Part shown: one piece after another, positions 45,806 to 55,179 of the stretch
How the letters are laid out: each line of letters starts with the position of its first letter
How positions within the stretch are numbered: the first letter of the stretch is position 1
From: Minisyncoccota bacterium
Lineage (GTDB): Bacteria; Patescibacteriota; Minisyncoccia; Phycocordibacterales; UBA9973
Direction of reading: 5' to 3'
DNA: 64,000 nt
Assembly: GCA_036169735.1 (NCBI GenBank)
Contig: JAVHNX010000036.1
Span: forward strand, 13,681 to 77,680
The notes under the pieces: model-generated
What the model saw: the letters and a program-made list of their open reading frames with translations, nothing else
Told to the model about the DNA's origin: nothing
Databases searched by the model: none
Made by a program: the position numbers and the translations under genes

Positions 45806-46462
45806 ATGAAAAAAGATTATTACAAAACTTTAGGGGTAGAAAAAGGCGCATCGAAAGAAGAGATTAAAAAAGCTTTTCATAAGTTGGCGCATAAATATCA
45901 TCCCGATAAAAAAGAAGGCGATGAAGCTAAATTCAAAGAGGTAAATGAAGCTTATCAGACTCTTTCTGATGATTCCAAGCGTTCAAAATACGACCAATTT
46001 GGTCCTGGTTTTGAAAACATGCAAGGCGGTGGGCAAGGACAAGGCGGATACCAACAAGGTGGTTTCAGTGGAGGTTTTGAAGGTTTCGATTTTTCTGGTT
46101 TTCAGAATGGAGGAAGTGCAGATTTTGACTTAAATGATATTTTTGGTGAATTTTTTGGTGGTGGTTTTCGTACTCAGAGAACTCCACGCGGAAGAGATAT
46201 GAAGACTGAATTATCTATTTCTCTTGTTGATTCTATTTTAGGTTCAGATAAAAAAATATCCATTAGTGGACATGACGATATTGTAATAAAAATTCCAGCT
46301 GGAATTCAGAGTGGTCAGACCATAAAAATGACTGGTGGTGGAGAACAAATAAAAGATGGAAAGCCTGGAGATTTGTATATTCTTATTACGATAAAAATAC
46401 CAAGCAAGATTTCCAAGAAAGCTCGTGAACTTCTAGAAGAACTGAAAAAAGAGGGAATTTAG
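45806..46462 (+). CDS. J-domain co-chaperone (DnaJ-like, lacks the Cys-rich zinc-finger domain)
   Basis: J domain with HPD (YHPDKK), Gly/Phe-rich linker, single C-terminal beta domain; no CxxCxGxG repeats; 218 aa. Confidence 0.65.
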   Translation: MKKDYYKTLGVEKGASKEEIKKAFHKLAHKYHPDKKEGDEAKFKEVNEAYQTLSDDSKRSKYDQFGPGFENMQGGGQGQGGYQQGGFSGGFEGFDFSGFQNGGSADFDLNDIFGEFFGGGFRTQRTPRGRDMKTELSISLVDSILGSDKKISISGHDDIVIKIPAGIQSGQTIKMTGGGEQIKDGKPGDLYILITIKIPSKISKKARELLEELKKEGI

Positions 46463-46536
46463 TAGAAAACTTATTAGGTTAGCTTATTTTATATACAATA
46501 ATTTGCCTTTTTTAAAATTTTGTATATAATGTCTTC

Positions 46537-47175
46537 ATGCTTAAATTAACAGCGAAAAGTAGAGATATTAAAGAAGACTTAAAAGAAATGCGAAAAGCAG
46601 GTGAATTACCCGCTGTATTTTATGGAGCAGACAAAAAAACTACTTCCATCTCAGTATCAAAAATAGAATTTAAAAAAGTTTGGTTGAAAGCTGGAGAATC
46701 TTCTACAGTTGAAATCACAACACCAGAAGGAAAAGTGAATGTTCTAATTCATGATGTTCAGGTTGATCCTGTTACAGATGAACCTATACACATAGATTTC
46801 TTGGCTATCGATATGAACAAGAAGATTACTGTTCATGTTCCTTTTGAATTCGAAGGTGTTTCCGAGGCAGTTAAAAATGGTTCTGGAACCCTTGTCAAAG
46901 TAGCACACGAAATCGAAGTCGAAGCTCTTCCAAAAGATCTTCCACACAATATCGTTGTTGATATTTCTAAACTTAAAACTTTACACGACCAGGTTCTTAT
47001 TTCAGATTTGAAAGTCCCAGCTGGAGTTACAATTCTTGGTGAAGTTGATGAAGTTATTGCTTCTATTGCTGTTCAAGTAGAAGAAGTAGAAGAAGAAGCT
47101 TCCCTAGTTGATCTATCTGCAATCGAAGTTGAAAAGAAAGGAAAGAAAGAAGAGGAAGCTACTCCTGCAGAATAA
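46537..47175 (+). CDS. rplY: Ribosomal protein L25 / general stress protein Ctc
   Basis: L25 N-terminal beta-barrel (RKAGELPAVFYGADKK..) plus Ctc-type C-terminal extension with acidic tail. Confidence 0.8.
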   Translation: MLKLTAKSRDIKEDLKEMRKAGELPAVFYGADKKTTSISVSKIEFKKVWLKAGESSTVEITTPEGKVNVLIHDVQVDPVTDEPIHIDFLAIDMNKKITVHVPFEFEGVSEAVKNGSGTLVKVAHEIEVEALPKDLPHNIVVDISKLKTLHDQVLISDLKVPAGVTILGEVDEVIASIAVQVEEVEEEASLVDLSAIEVEKKGKKEEEATPAE

Positions 47176-47206
47176 AAATAAATCAAATTATGTTATAATA
47201 GAAGCT

Positions 47207-48550
47207 ATGATACGGAAAATGGTCATGGCTTTTATTTTTGCTATATTTTTGTTTTCAAGTTTTTCAGTGAATAAAACATTCGCTGTTTTTGATTGTTTAA
47301 CACTTTCTATTTCCTCTTCTCAGACAGACAAGGATTACTGTCGTAGTGAATTAAGCCAAATAGAACAACAGCTGACTGAACTCTTAGCAAAACAAAAAGA
47401 ACAACAGAAACAGACTGGTACACTGAAAGGTGATGTTAATTATTTGACTAGCCAGATTAATGCTTTAAAAACCAAAATCAAAGCCCGTGCGTTAGTTATT
47501 GCACAATTAAAAGTTTCTATTAGTGATAAGGTAAAAACAATAGGGACTCTATCGGATAAAATAGATCGTGAGCATGAGTCTCTTGCTCAGCTTTTACGTA
47601 ATACCAATGAGTTTGACAATGAAAATATGATACATTTGATTCTTTCTGATCAATCCGTTTCAGATTTTTATAGTGATTTAGAATCTTATGCTTCTATTAA
47701 ACAAGCTGTAAAAGCTTCCGTTGAAGAAATTACTGGAGTAAAACAAGAAACAGAAATACAAAAGAAAGATTTAGAGATAAAACAAAATGCAGAAATTGAT
47801 GCCAGAGATGAACTGCAAAGTGCACAGAAAAAAGTTGTTCAATCAGAAGCGGACAAGAAAAAGTTATTAGCTATTTCAAAAGAAAAAGAGTCTGCTTATC
47901 AAAAACTTGCTGCTGATAAAAAAGCTAGAGCTGACAAAATTCGTTCTGCACTTTTCGCTTTGCGTGATACTAAAGCAATTCCTTTCGGAACAGCTTTGAA
48001 GTATGCTCAAGAAGCCGAGAAAAAAACTGGGGTACGCCCAGCATTCGTTCTTGCTATTCTTACCCAGGAGACAAACTTGGGTGAAAATATTGGTACTTGT
48101 AATCGTGTGACTGATTCAGCTGCAAAAAATTGGGTAAATATTATGAAACCAAGCCGTGACTTGGAGCCATTTAAGAGAATCACTTCGGCTTTGGGGATAA
48201 ATCCAGAAGGCACTCCGCTTTCTTGTCCTTGGAATGGTGGTTATGGTGGAGCGATGGGCCCTTCACAATTTATTCCTTCTACGTGGGAACTTTATGCATC
48301 AAAAATTGCGAAAGCACTTGGTATAAGTGGAATGCCAAATCCATGGGAACCTAAGGATGCTTTCTTCGCATCATCTATTTATTTAGGAGAATTAGGTGCC
48401 TCAAAAGGAGGATTTACTGCTGAACGTACTGCTGCTTTGAAATATTATGCTGGCGGTAATTGGAATAAAAAGGCTAATGCTTTCTATGGTGATGGTGTTA
48501 TGAGAAAAGCTAGTCTCATCCAAGCTGATATAGATTTGCTTTCAAACTAG
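47207..48550 (+). CDS. Secreted coiled-coil protein with C-terminal MltB-like lytic transglycosylase domain
   Basis: Signal peptide MIRKMVMAFIFAIFLFSSFSVNKTFA, about 220-aa heptad-rich region, then ILTQETNLGENIG (catalytic Glu) and GGAMGPSQFIPSTW (family-3 LT signature). Confidence 0.55.
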   Translation: MIRKMVMAFIFAIFLFSSFSVNKTFAVFDCLTLSISSSQTDKDYCRSELSQIEQQLTELLAKQKEQQKQTGTLKGDVNYLTSQINALKTKIKARALVIAQLKVSISDKVKTIGTLSDKIDREHESLAQLLRNTNEFDNENMIHLILSDQSVSDFYSDLESYASIKQAVKASVEEITGVKQETEIQKKDLEIKQNAEIDARDELQSAQKKVVQSEADKKKLLAISKEKESAYQKLAADKKARADKIRSALFALRDTKAIPFGTALKYAQEAEKKTGVRPAFVLAILTQETNLGENIGTCNRVTDSAAKNWVNIMKPSRDLEPFKRITSALGINPEGTPLSCPWNGGYGGAMGPSQFIPSTWELYASKIAKALGISGMPNPWEPKDAFFASSIYLGELGASKGGFTAERTAALKYYAGGNWNKKANAFYGDGVMRKASLIQADIDLLSN

Positions 48551-48571
48551 GTTTATGATAATCTCTTAAGT

Positions 48572-48784
48572 ATGAAAAAAGGTATACATCCAAAATTTAG
48601 CACAAAAACCAAGGCCGCCTGTGCGTGTGGGGCTGAGTTTGAAGTTGGTTCCACTTTGCCTGAAATTTCAGTTGAAATCTGCAGTCAGTGTCACCCTTTC
48701 TATACTGGTAATGAAAAGATCATGGATACTGCTGGACGTGTTGAACGTTTCAACAAGCGCCGAGCTGCATCTCCAAAGAAATAA
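48572..48784 (+). CDS. rpmE: Ribosomal protein L31
   Basis: MKKGIHPKF...CACGAEF...[10 protein letters not shown] zinc-ribbon form. Confidence 0.85.
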   Translation: MKKGIHPKFSTKTKAACACGAEFEVGSTLPEISVEICSQCHPFYTGNEKIMDTAGRVERFNKRRAASPKK

Positions 48785-48792
48785 CTTCTTCT

Positions 48793-48825
48793 AAACACCC
48801 TCCTTGTATAAAGGAGGGTGTTTTT
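48793..48825 (+). terminator. Rho-independent terminator after rpmE
   Basis: aacaccctcc-ttgtataa-aggagggtgtt followed by a T-run. Confidence 0.65.
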
Positions 48826-48842
48826 GATGATATAATAAATTT

Positions 48843-49814
48843 ATGGCATTTGATTTAGAAGAACTAAAAAAGAATCACAACACCAGCTACTTAGCAGGTA
48901 TTTTGGAGCGTCTAGCACGTGAAGAAGCTGAGGTACGAGAGATGCTTGCAGGCGATGATACTTTGCACGAAATGGCTCAAACTGAGCTTAAGTCAATTCA
49001 AGAACAAAGAGACGGTACTGAGAAGCAGATACAAGAAATTTTAGATAAAGATAAAGAAGAAGAAGAGTTTCCAAATGAAATCGTGCTTGAAGTACGAGCT
49101 GGAGCTGGTGGTGATGAAGCTGCTCTTTTTGCTTGGGAGCTCGCTCATATGTATGAAAGACTCGCTGAAGTTCAGGGTTGGCAATGGAAAGTAAATGATG
49201 AATCTAAAAATGATATCGGTGGATATAAAGAAGCTAGTTTTGAAATAAAAGGTAAGGATGTTTACAAAAAAATGCGTTATGAGACTGGCGTGCATAGAGT
49301 TCAAAGAATTCCAGCGACAGAAAAAAATGGCCGAGTGCATACTTCAACTGCGTCTGTGGCTATTTTGCCTATCAAGAAAAAAGTTAATTTTGTTATCAAC
49401 CCAGTTGATCTAGAAATGGAATATTCTCGTTCTGGTGGTAAAGGCGGACAAAATGTGAACAAAGTTGAGACAGCTGTACGTTTGATTCACATACCGACAG
49501 GACTTGATGTTCGTTCGACAAATGAAAGAAGTCAGCTTGCAAACCGTGAAAAGGCGATGATGATTTTGACTGCCAAAATTCAGCAATTAAAAGATGAGGA
49601 AGAAGCCAAAAAATATTCTAGTGAACGTAAAGGACAGATTGGAACAGGGGATAGAAGTGAGAAAATTCGTACTTACAATTTTCCACAAGACCGTGTGACT
49701 GATCACCGTATCAAAAAATCTTGGCATAATTTACCAAAGATAATGGAAGGTGGAATCGGAGAGGTTATAGAATCTATTGAATCCGGGGTCGTGGGGGACG
49801 AAGACGAGGAATAA
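48843..49814 (+). CDS. prfA: Peptide chain release factor 1 (short form)
   Basis: GGQ motif (SGGKGGQNVNKVETAVRL), PAT tripeptide (RIPATEKNGRVHTS) indicating RF1 specificity; 323 aa. Confidence 0.8.
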   Translation: MAFDLEELKKNHNTSYLAGILERLAREEAEVREMLAGDDTLHEMAQTELKSIQEQRDGTEKQIQEILDKDKEEEEFPNEIVLEVRAGAGGDEAALFAWELAHMYERLAEVQGWQWKVNDESKNDIGGYKEASFEIKGKDVYKKMRYETGVHRVQRIPATEKNGRVHTSTASVAILPIKKKVNFVINPVDLEMEYSRSGGKGGQNVNKVETAVRLIHIPTGLDVRSTNERSQLANREKAMMILTAKIQQLKDEEEAKKYSSERKGQIGTGDRSEKIRTYNFPQDRVTDHRIKKSWHNLPKIMEGGIGEVIESIESGVVGDEDEE

Positions 49815-49827
49815 CTTCGTGTTAAAT

Positions 49828-49850
49828 ATGTCAAAGATGCCCTTTGACAT
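49828..49850. repeat. Family-1-like ATG..CAT hairpin just after the prfA stop
   Basis: atgtcaaag-atgcc-ctttgacat; variant of atgtcaagg-ttaag-ccttgacat; may act as the prfA terminator. Confidence 0.5.
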
Positions 49851-49973
49851 GCATATTGTTTATAGTATTTATCCACACAGTATAGTTTCATTGCTTTTTC
49901 TCACTTTTGTGCTATACTGCTCCAGTAGTTTCTCCAATAGCTTTTTGTTTGAGTTGTGAGTTTTGATTTGTAC

Positions 49974-49997
49974 CCCGTCGCTCGCGAGTGACAGGGT
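49974..49997. promoter_or_regulatory. 24-bp operator-like palindrome upstream of the RRM protein gene promoter
   Basis: ccccgtcgCTCGCGAGtgacaggg; partner of 9325-9348 upstream of clpB. Confidence 0.4.
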
Positions 49998-50016
49998 TTG
50001 GCACCAATTAGGCCAA

Positions 50017-50047
50017 TTGAGCGACAAGAGTATCTACGCATTATAAT
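50017..50047 (+). promoter_or_regulatory. Putative sigma70-type promoter of RRM protein gene
   Basis: TTGAGC-18 nt-TATAAT. Confidence 0.35.
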
Positions 50048-50056
50048 TAGTTTTTG

Positions 50057-50077
50057 CCCGATTTTTTAAAACGGGAG
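50057..50077 (+). promoter_or_regulatory. 5'-leader hairpin overlapping the GGGAG Shine-Dalgarno of the RRM protein gene
   Basis: cccgatttt-tt-aaaacggg-ag; the 3' arm contains the only purine-rich SD (gggag) about 11 nt upstream of the ATG. Confidence 0.3.
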
Positions 50078-50087
50078 AAATAATAAT

Positions 50088-50435
50088 ATGGCTACAAAGC
50101 TATACGTAGGGGGACTTCCTTACAGTACCCAAGAAGATGCTCTTAAAGAGCTTTTCGCACAAGCAGGAAATGTAACTTCTGCTGTGATTATCATGGACAA
50201 AATGTCCGGTCGCTCAAAAGGTTTTGGATTCGTTGAAATGTCAACAGACGAGGAAGCACAAGGTGCAGTCTCAATGTTTAACGGTCAAGAATTCGAAGGA
50301 CGCAAACTTACAGTTAACGAAGCTCGCCCTATGGAAGCTCGCCCACCAAGAACTGGTGGAGCAGGTGGATACAGTAGTGGAGGCAATAGTGGTGGATACG
50401 GCGGTGGAAACCGTGGTGGACGCCGAGAGTACTAA
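50088..50435 (+). CDS. RRM-domain RNA-binding protein with Gly-rich C-terminal tail
   Basis: RNP2 LYVGGL, RNP1 KGFGFVEM, C-terminal GG(Y/N/S) repeats (Rbp/GRP-type). Confidence 0.75.
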   Translation: MATKLYVGGLPYSTQEDALKELFAQAGNVTSAVIIMDKMSGRSKGFGFVEMSTDEEAQGAVSMFNGQEFEGRKLTVNEARPMEARPPRTGGAGGYSSGGNSGGYGGGNRGGRREY

Positions 50436-50461
50436 TCTCTTATTAGAGACTCAAAATAAAA

Positions 50462-50491
50462 AATACCCTGACTTCGGTCAGGGTATTTTTT
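50462..50491 (+). terminator. Rho-independent terminator
   Basis: aataccctgac-ttcg-gtcagggtatt followed by a T-run. Confidence 0.65.
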
Positions 50492-50645
50492 ATTGTTTGA
50501 CTTTTTTATTATTTATGTTAATCTAAAATTGTTTTAGTTCTTCGACATATTGGTTCAATTATGAATTGTTTTGTTTTCCTTGGTTCTTTATAGAGGCAGG
50601 GAAAACAAAATAATTCACAGAATAGTTAAACCTAAAACAAAACAA

Positions 50646-51032
50646 ATGAAAATAGTAATTAGTTCACTCGTGATAGTAGTATTTAGTTTTCAAATGCTTA
50701 AAGCGCAACAAAAACAGAATTTAGAAAAAGAGAATGTTTCTAATGAATATTTCTATATGAAGCAAAAAGCAATAGAAACAGAAAATAAGTTTATGAATAC
50801 CGTACAAAATGTTATTCATGAATATTCTGTGCTGGACTCTCTTGAGAAAATTTATTTTGAGATTGAGCAGATTAAAAAAAGTAAAACTGTCTCGATTAGC
50901 TTCTTAAATAAGATGATTGATCAAAATAATGCTATTTTAAGAGCAAAAGAAGTTGCAGCCGAAGCTCAGCAAGAAAGCGATATTGCTTGCAGTCAGTTCA
51001 AATTATTAAATAACAACTACAAACCAGATTAA
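50646..51032 (+). CDS. Hypothetical secreted coiled-coil protein
   Basis: Start trimmed to MKIVISSLVIVVFSFQMLKAQQ (signal peptide); helical and charged remainder; no motif recognized. Confidence 0.35.
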   Translation: MKIVISSLVIVVFSFQMLKAQQKQNLEKENVSNEYFYMKQKAIETENKFMNTVQNVIHEYSVLDSLEKIYFEIEQIKKSKTVSISFLNKMIDQNNAILRAKEVAAEAQQESDIACSQFKLLNNNYKPD

Positions 51033-51047
51033 TAGAATTGAATAAAT

Positions 51048-51090
51048 AAAAGCCCCGTTACCATAAATGGTAACGGGGCTTTCTTTTTTT
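51048..51090 (+). terminator. Rho-independent terminator
   Basis: aaagccccgttacc-ataaa-tggtaacggggcttt followed by a T-run; the stem contains CCCGTTA/TAACGGG. Confidence 0.6.
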
Positions 51091-51122
51091 ATATATTTTT
51101 GTTATATTTTATGGGTTGATTT

Positions 51123-51194
51123 GAGTGTGTAGTTCAGTGGTAGAACGCTGTCCTGATAAGACAGAGGTCGATGGTCCGATTCCATCCACACTCA
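51123..51194 (+). tRNA. tRNA-Ile (anticodon GAT)
   Basis: GAGTGTGTAGTTCAGTGGTAGAACGCTGTCCTGATAAGACAGAGGTCGATGGTCCGATTCCATCCACACTCA; anticodon loop CTGATAA. Confidence 0.85.
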
Positions 51195-51197
51195 CAA

Positions 51198-51437
51198 ATG
51201 AAAGAATTAAATAAAAAAGGGAATGATTGGAAAATGACAGCAATGATTTTTTATGCCAAGACCACCGCGTGGATAATCATCCCAGCACTGTTGTCTATGT
51301 TTGTTAAATCTTTTTTTAGTATAAATTCTGATTTAGTTTTTCCAATTTTAATTGGATTGAGTTTCGGTGTTTCATGTTTCGGTATTTTTAAAGAAATAAA
51401 AAATTATCAAAAGAGTATAGAAAGTAATGGAAAATAA
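51198..51437 (+). CDS. Small two-TM membrane protein preceding the ATP synthase operon (AtpI/AtpZ-like position)
   Basis: Start trimmed so the ORF no longer overlaps tRNA-Ile; two hydrophobic helices; position matches atpI/atpZ; sequence not diagnostic. Confidence 0.3.
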   Translation: MKELNKKGNDWKMTAMIFYAKTTAWIIIPALLSMFVKSFFSINSDLVFPILIGLSFGVSCFGIFKEIKNYQKSIESNGK

Positions 51438-52290
51438 TACACAAAATACAAATACTGCAGTTTCCCACGAAGTGACTATCTTTGCTGAACCTATTCTTAG
51501 TGTAGGTAATTTTACTGTTACTAATTCCGTTATCACTTCTTGGTTGACTCTTATAGTTATCACAGTTCTTGCTTTGGCAATCCGCCTTAAGATTAAAAAA
51601 ATACCAGGCAAGCTTCAAAATTTTTTTGAAATAATTATGGACGGTGCTTTGTCCCTTTGTGATCAGGTGACAGGTGATAGAAAAATTTCTAAAAAAGTAT
51701 TCCCTTTTTCTTTAACTCTTTTCTTTTTTATTTTAATTAGTAATTGGCTTGGCCTTGTGCCTTTTCTAGGTTCTTTAGGTTTTACTTCTTTTGAAGGAGG
51801 AAATGCTGCGTTTGTGCCGCTTTTCAGATCTGCTACAGCTGATATAAACACCACATTGGCTCTTTCTATTGTTGTAGTTATTGCTTCAAATATTTTTGGT
51901 ATCTTTATGGTTGGATTATGGAAAACTTTTAATAAATATGTTAATCTAATATCGCTTGGTTCTGTATTCACAAAGGTGAAAAAAGATCCAACAGTGCTCA
52001 TTGTTGCTCCTATAAATTTCTTTGTTGGAGTTCTTGAGTTAGTCGGCGAGATGGCAAAAATTGCTTCCTTGTCCTTCCGACTATTCGGAAATGTTTTTGC
52101 GGGTGAAGTGTTACTAGCTTCTATGGGTGCGATTATGTCATACCTCGTCCCTGCACCATTTTTATTTTTGGAAGTGTTCGTTGGATTGATTCAGGCTGTT
52201 GTATTTAGTCTGCTTGCCACTGTGTATTTTGCAATGGCGGCACAGGATCACACTGAGCACGAGGAGAAACACAGTGAAGCACATGCATAG
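51427..52290 (+). CDS. atpB: F0F1 ATP synthase subunit a
   Basis: Five TM helices; conserved Arg in helix 4 (LSFRLFGNVFAGE). Confidence 0.85.
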   Translation: MENNTQNTNTAVSHEVTIFAEPILSVGNFTVTNSVITSWLTLIVITVLALAIRLKIKKIPGKLQNFFEIIMDGALSLCDQVTGDRKISKKVFPFSLTLFFFILISNWLGLVPFLGSLGFTSFEGGNAAFVPLFRSATADINTTLALSIVVVIASNIFGIFMVGLWKTFNKYVNLISLGSVFTKVKKDPTVLIVAPINFFVGVLELVGEMAKIASLSFRLFGNVFAGEVLLASMGAIMSYLVPAPFLFLEVFVGLIQAVVFSLLATVYFAMAAQDHTEHEEKHSEAHA

Positions 52291-52337
52291 TTATTTATTA
52301 TTATAAGTTAGTCGATTTTATTAAAAGGTTAATATAA

Positions 52338-52586
<249 letters not shown>

Positions 52587-52594
52587 TGGAATGA

Positions 52595-52716
52595 ATCCCG
52601 TTAGAAGCCGCGGTCGCAGTTTCAAATCGGGATATAAATTAATTAGGATTAAAAAAATAATTAGCAGGAAATGGTTTATTTAAAAAGATTGACCGTGACC
52701 TGCTTCTAAACGGGAT
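52595..52716. repeat. IR-flanked intergenic element A (atpE-atpF spacer); right arm overlaps atpF start codon
   Basis: Left arm atcccgttagaagc (52595-52608), right arm gcttctaaacgggat (52702-52716); about 90-nt AT-rich interior; atpF ATG at 52715. Confidence 0.6.
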
Positions 52717-53209
52717 GAATGAATTAATAACAACATTTCACATAGATTGGAAAATAATGCTCGCACAGCTATTCAACTTTGCGTTGGTTTTTGTTGCTCT
52801 TTATTTTATTGCCGCAAAACCACTTCGCAAGATGATGGACGATCGTGAGAATGAAATAAAGACCGGTTTGACTGATGCTGAAAATGCTAAGGCCGAGCTT
52901 GCAGGAGCAAGTCTAAAAAAGGAAGAAATCACAAGAGAAGCAAAGGACAATGCAAAAAATATTATTTCTCAGTCACAAGCTGACGGTAGAGACATAGTAA
53001 AAGAGGCAAAAGACAAAGCTACTCTTGAAAAAGAAGAAATCTTAAAACAAGCTCGACTTGATGTAGAAAAAGAAAAGAAGACTGGCGACGAAGCTATCAG
53101 AAAAGAAGCTGCAGAGCTCGTCTCTGTTGGTATACGAAAAATGGTTGAAGGCTACGTAGCTGCTGGTAAAGGTGATGAAATTATCAATGCAATGTTGGCT
53201 AAGAAATAA
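52715..53209 (+). CDS. atpF: F0F1 ATP synthase subunit b
   Basis: N-terminal TM helix then long charged alpha-helix; operon position. Confidence 0.8.
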   Translation: MNELITTFHIDWKIMLAQLFNFALVFVALYFIAAKPLRKMMDDRENEIKTGLTDAENAKAELAGASLKKEEITREAKDNAKNIISQSQADGRDIVKEAKDKATLEKEEILKQARLDVEKEKKTGDEAIRKEAAELVSVGIRKMVEGYVAAGKGDEIINAMLAKK

Positions 53210-53211
53210 TA

Positions 53212-53628
53212 ATGATTAAATCAAAACAACTGGCTCAGGCTTTATTTGAACTCTCAGAAGAGGAGAACTTGGTAGCAGGACTACCAAGTTCACTTGGTAG
53301 TCCTGCTACCAAGTCATTGGATGAGAAGTTTTTTAGTTTTATTGAAAAAAGAAATTTGAAAGGACAGATGAACTCAGTCCTTTATCACTTGGAAAGAATC
53401 ACTGAACAAGAAAAAGAAAAGAAGGGTATACAGATAGAAACAGCTCATGAGATAAAAGCTGAGACTGCCAAACAAATAAAGACTTTCCTAAAAGCTGATC
53501 ACCTGACTGAATCATTAAAAATCAAAAAAGAATTAGTCGCAGGATTTCGAGCGAAGTTCGGAGGAAAGATTTATGATTCGAGTATTATGACTGGTTTGAA
53601 GAAATTAGAAAGAGAGATTGCCAAATAA
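53212..53628 (+). CDS. atpH: F0F1 ATP synthase subunit delta (short, 138 aa)
   Basis: Operon position. C-terminal IKKELVAGFRAKFGGKIYDSSIMTGLKKL resembles the OSCP/delta C-terminus. Confidence 0.65.
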   Translation: MIKSKQLAQALFELSEEENLVAGLPSSLGSPATKSLDEKFFSFIEKRNLKGQMNSVLYHLERITEQEKEKKGIQIETAHEIKAETAKQIKTFLKADHLTESLKIKKELVAGFRAKFGGKIYDSSIMTGLKKLEREIAK

Positions 53629-53662
53629 AATTTTTAATATTATTAACTTTAACTAAATTATT

Positions 53663-55150
53663 ATGAGTGCGAATGCAACAATAGAAAATTTAAAAAAAAG
53701 AATTGCTGGTTTTGAAGGAGGAGCCGAGATGTATGAATACGGCACAGTGCTTTCTGTCGCAGATGGAATCGCAAAGATTTCCGGCCTTGCAAAGTGTCAG
53801 TCTTCAGAAATGGTTTCTTTTGATTCCGGAGCTATTGGACTCGCACTCAACTTGGAAGAAGATTCTGTCGGAGCTATCGTGCTCGGAGATTTTTCTAAAA
53901 TCAAAGAAGGGGAAACTGTAAAGAGAACAAATAAAATTCTTTCAATCCCTGTTGGTAAAGGTTTCATTGGACGTGTGGTAAACCCTCTAGGTGAACCCAT
54001 CGATGAAGCTGGAGCTATCCAGTCCGATGCTGTCTACCCTGTAGAAAAAGTCGCTTCAGGTGTTATGACTCGTGAACCTGTGAAAACCCCCGTACAGACA
54101 GGTATAAAGGCTATTGACGCCATGATTCCGATCGGTCGCGGACAACGCGAGCTTATTATCGGTGACCGTCAAACAGGAAAGACTGCTATCGCTATCGATA
54201 CTATCATCAACCAAAAAGGCGAAGATATTATTTGTATCTATGTCGCTATTTCACAAAAGCAATCAAAAGTCGCTCGTATCGTTTCAAAATTAAAAGAAGC
54301 AGGCGCGATGGATTATACTATCGTTGTTTCAGCCGGAGCATCTGATGGTCCAGCTTTCTCATACCTTGCTCCTTACTCTGGTACAGCACTAGGAGAATAT
54401 TTCTTGGACAAAGGGAAAGATGTTTTAATAATTTATGATGATCTTTCCAAGCACGCTGTGGCTTACCGAGAAATCTCTCTCTTACTTCGTCGTCCACCAG
54501 GTCGTGAAGCTTATCCTGGAGACGTTTTCTATTTGCACTCTCGTTTATTGGAACGTGCTTGCCGATTAAATAAAAATTACGGTGGTGGATCTATCACTGC
54601 ACTTCCAATCATCGAGACTCAAGCCGGTGATGTGTCTGCGTATATTCCTACGAACGTTATTTCTATTACTGACGGACAGATTTTCTTGGAAACAGGTCTT
54701 TTCAACAAAGGTCTTCGCCCTGCTATCAACGTCGGTCTTTCTGTTTCTCGTGTCGGTTCATCTGCCCAAATAAAATCAATGAAGAAAGTTGCGGGTAAAA
54801 TGAAACTAGCGATGGCTCAATACCGTGAGCTTGAATCTTTTGCACAATTTGATTCCGATCTTGATCCTGAGACAAAAAAAGCTATCAACAGAGGAAAGAG
54901 AGTCACTGAACTTCTAAAACAAAATCAATACTCTCCTGTGTCTGTTGCAAAACAAGTCACAAGTATCTTTGCTGTAAACGAAGGATATTTGGATGAACTA
55001 GAAACTACAGAAATCAAAGCGTGGGAAGAAGGATTTTATGCTCATCTAGACCGTGCGAAAAAAGATTTACTTACAAAACTTACTACTGGTTGGGATGATG
55101 TTATCGAAGCTGATCTTCGAAGTGCGATTGTAGAATTCATGGGAATGTAA
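53663..55150 (+). CDS. atpA: F0F1 ATP synthase subunit alpha
   Basis: Walker [14 protein letters not shown], alpha signature motifs; 495 aa. Confidence 0.95.
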   Translation: MSANATIENLKKRIAGFEGGAEMYEYGTVLSVADGIAKISGLAKCQSSEMVSFDSGAIGLALNLEEDSVGAIVLGDFSKIKEGETVKRTNKILSIPVGKGFIGRVVNPLGEPIDEAGAIQSDAVYPVEKVASGVMTREPVKTPVQTGIKAIDAMIPIGRGQRELIIGDRQTGKTAIAIDTIINQKGEDIICIYVAISQKQSKVARIVSKLKEAGAMDYTIVVSAGASDGPAFSYLAPYSGTALGEYFLDKGKDVLIIYDDLSKHAVAYREISLLLRRPPGREAYPGDVFYLHSRLLERACRLNKNYGGGSITALPIIETQAGDVSAYIPTNVISITDGQIFLETGLFNKGLRPAINVGLSVSRVGSSAQIKSMKKVAGKMKLAMAQYRELESFAQFDSDLDPETKKAINRGKRVTELLKQNQYSPVSVAKQVTSIFAVNEGYLDELETTEIKAWEEGFYAHLDRAKKDLLTKLTTGWDDVIEADLRSAIVEFMGM

Positions 55151-55179
55151 TTTAAAAGCTAGCTAGTTTAGCTACTCAT

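Noticed and set aside
51171-51437. ORF-track CDS 51171-51437 overlapping tRNA-Ile.
   Set aside because: The 5' 27 nt overlap the tRNA T-arm and acceptor stem. Trimmed to the internal Met at 51198.
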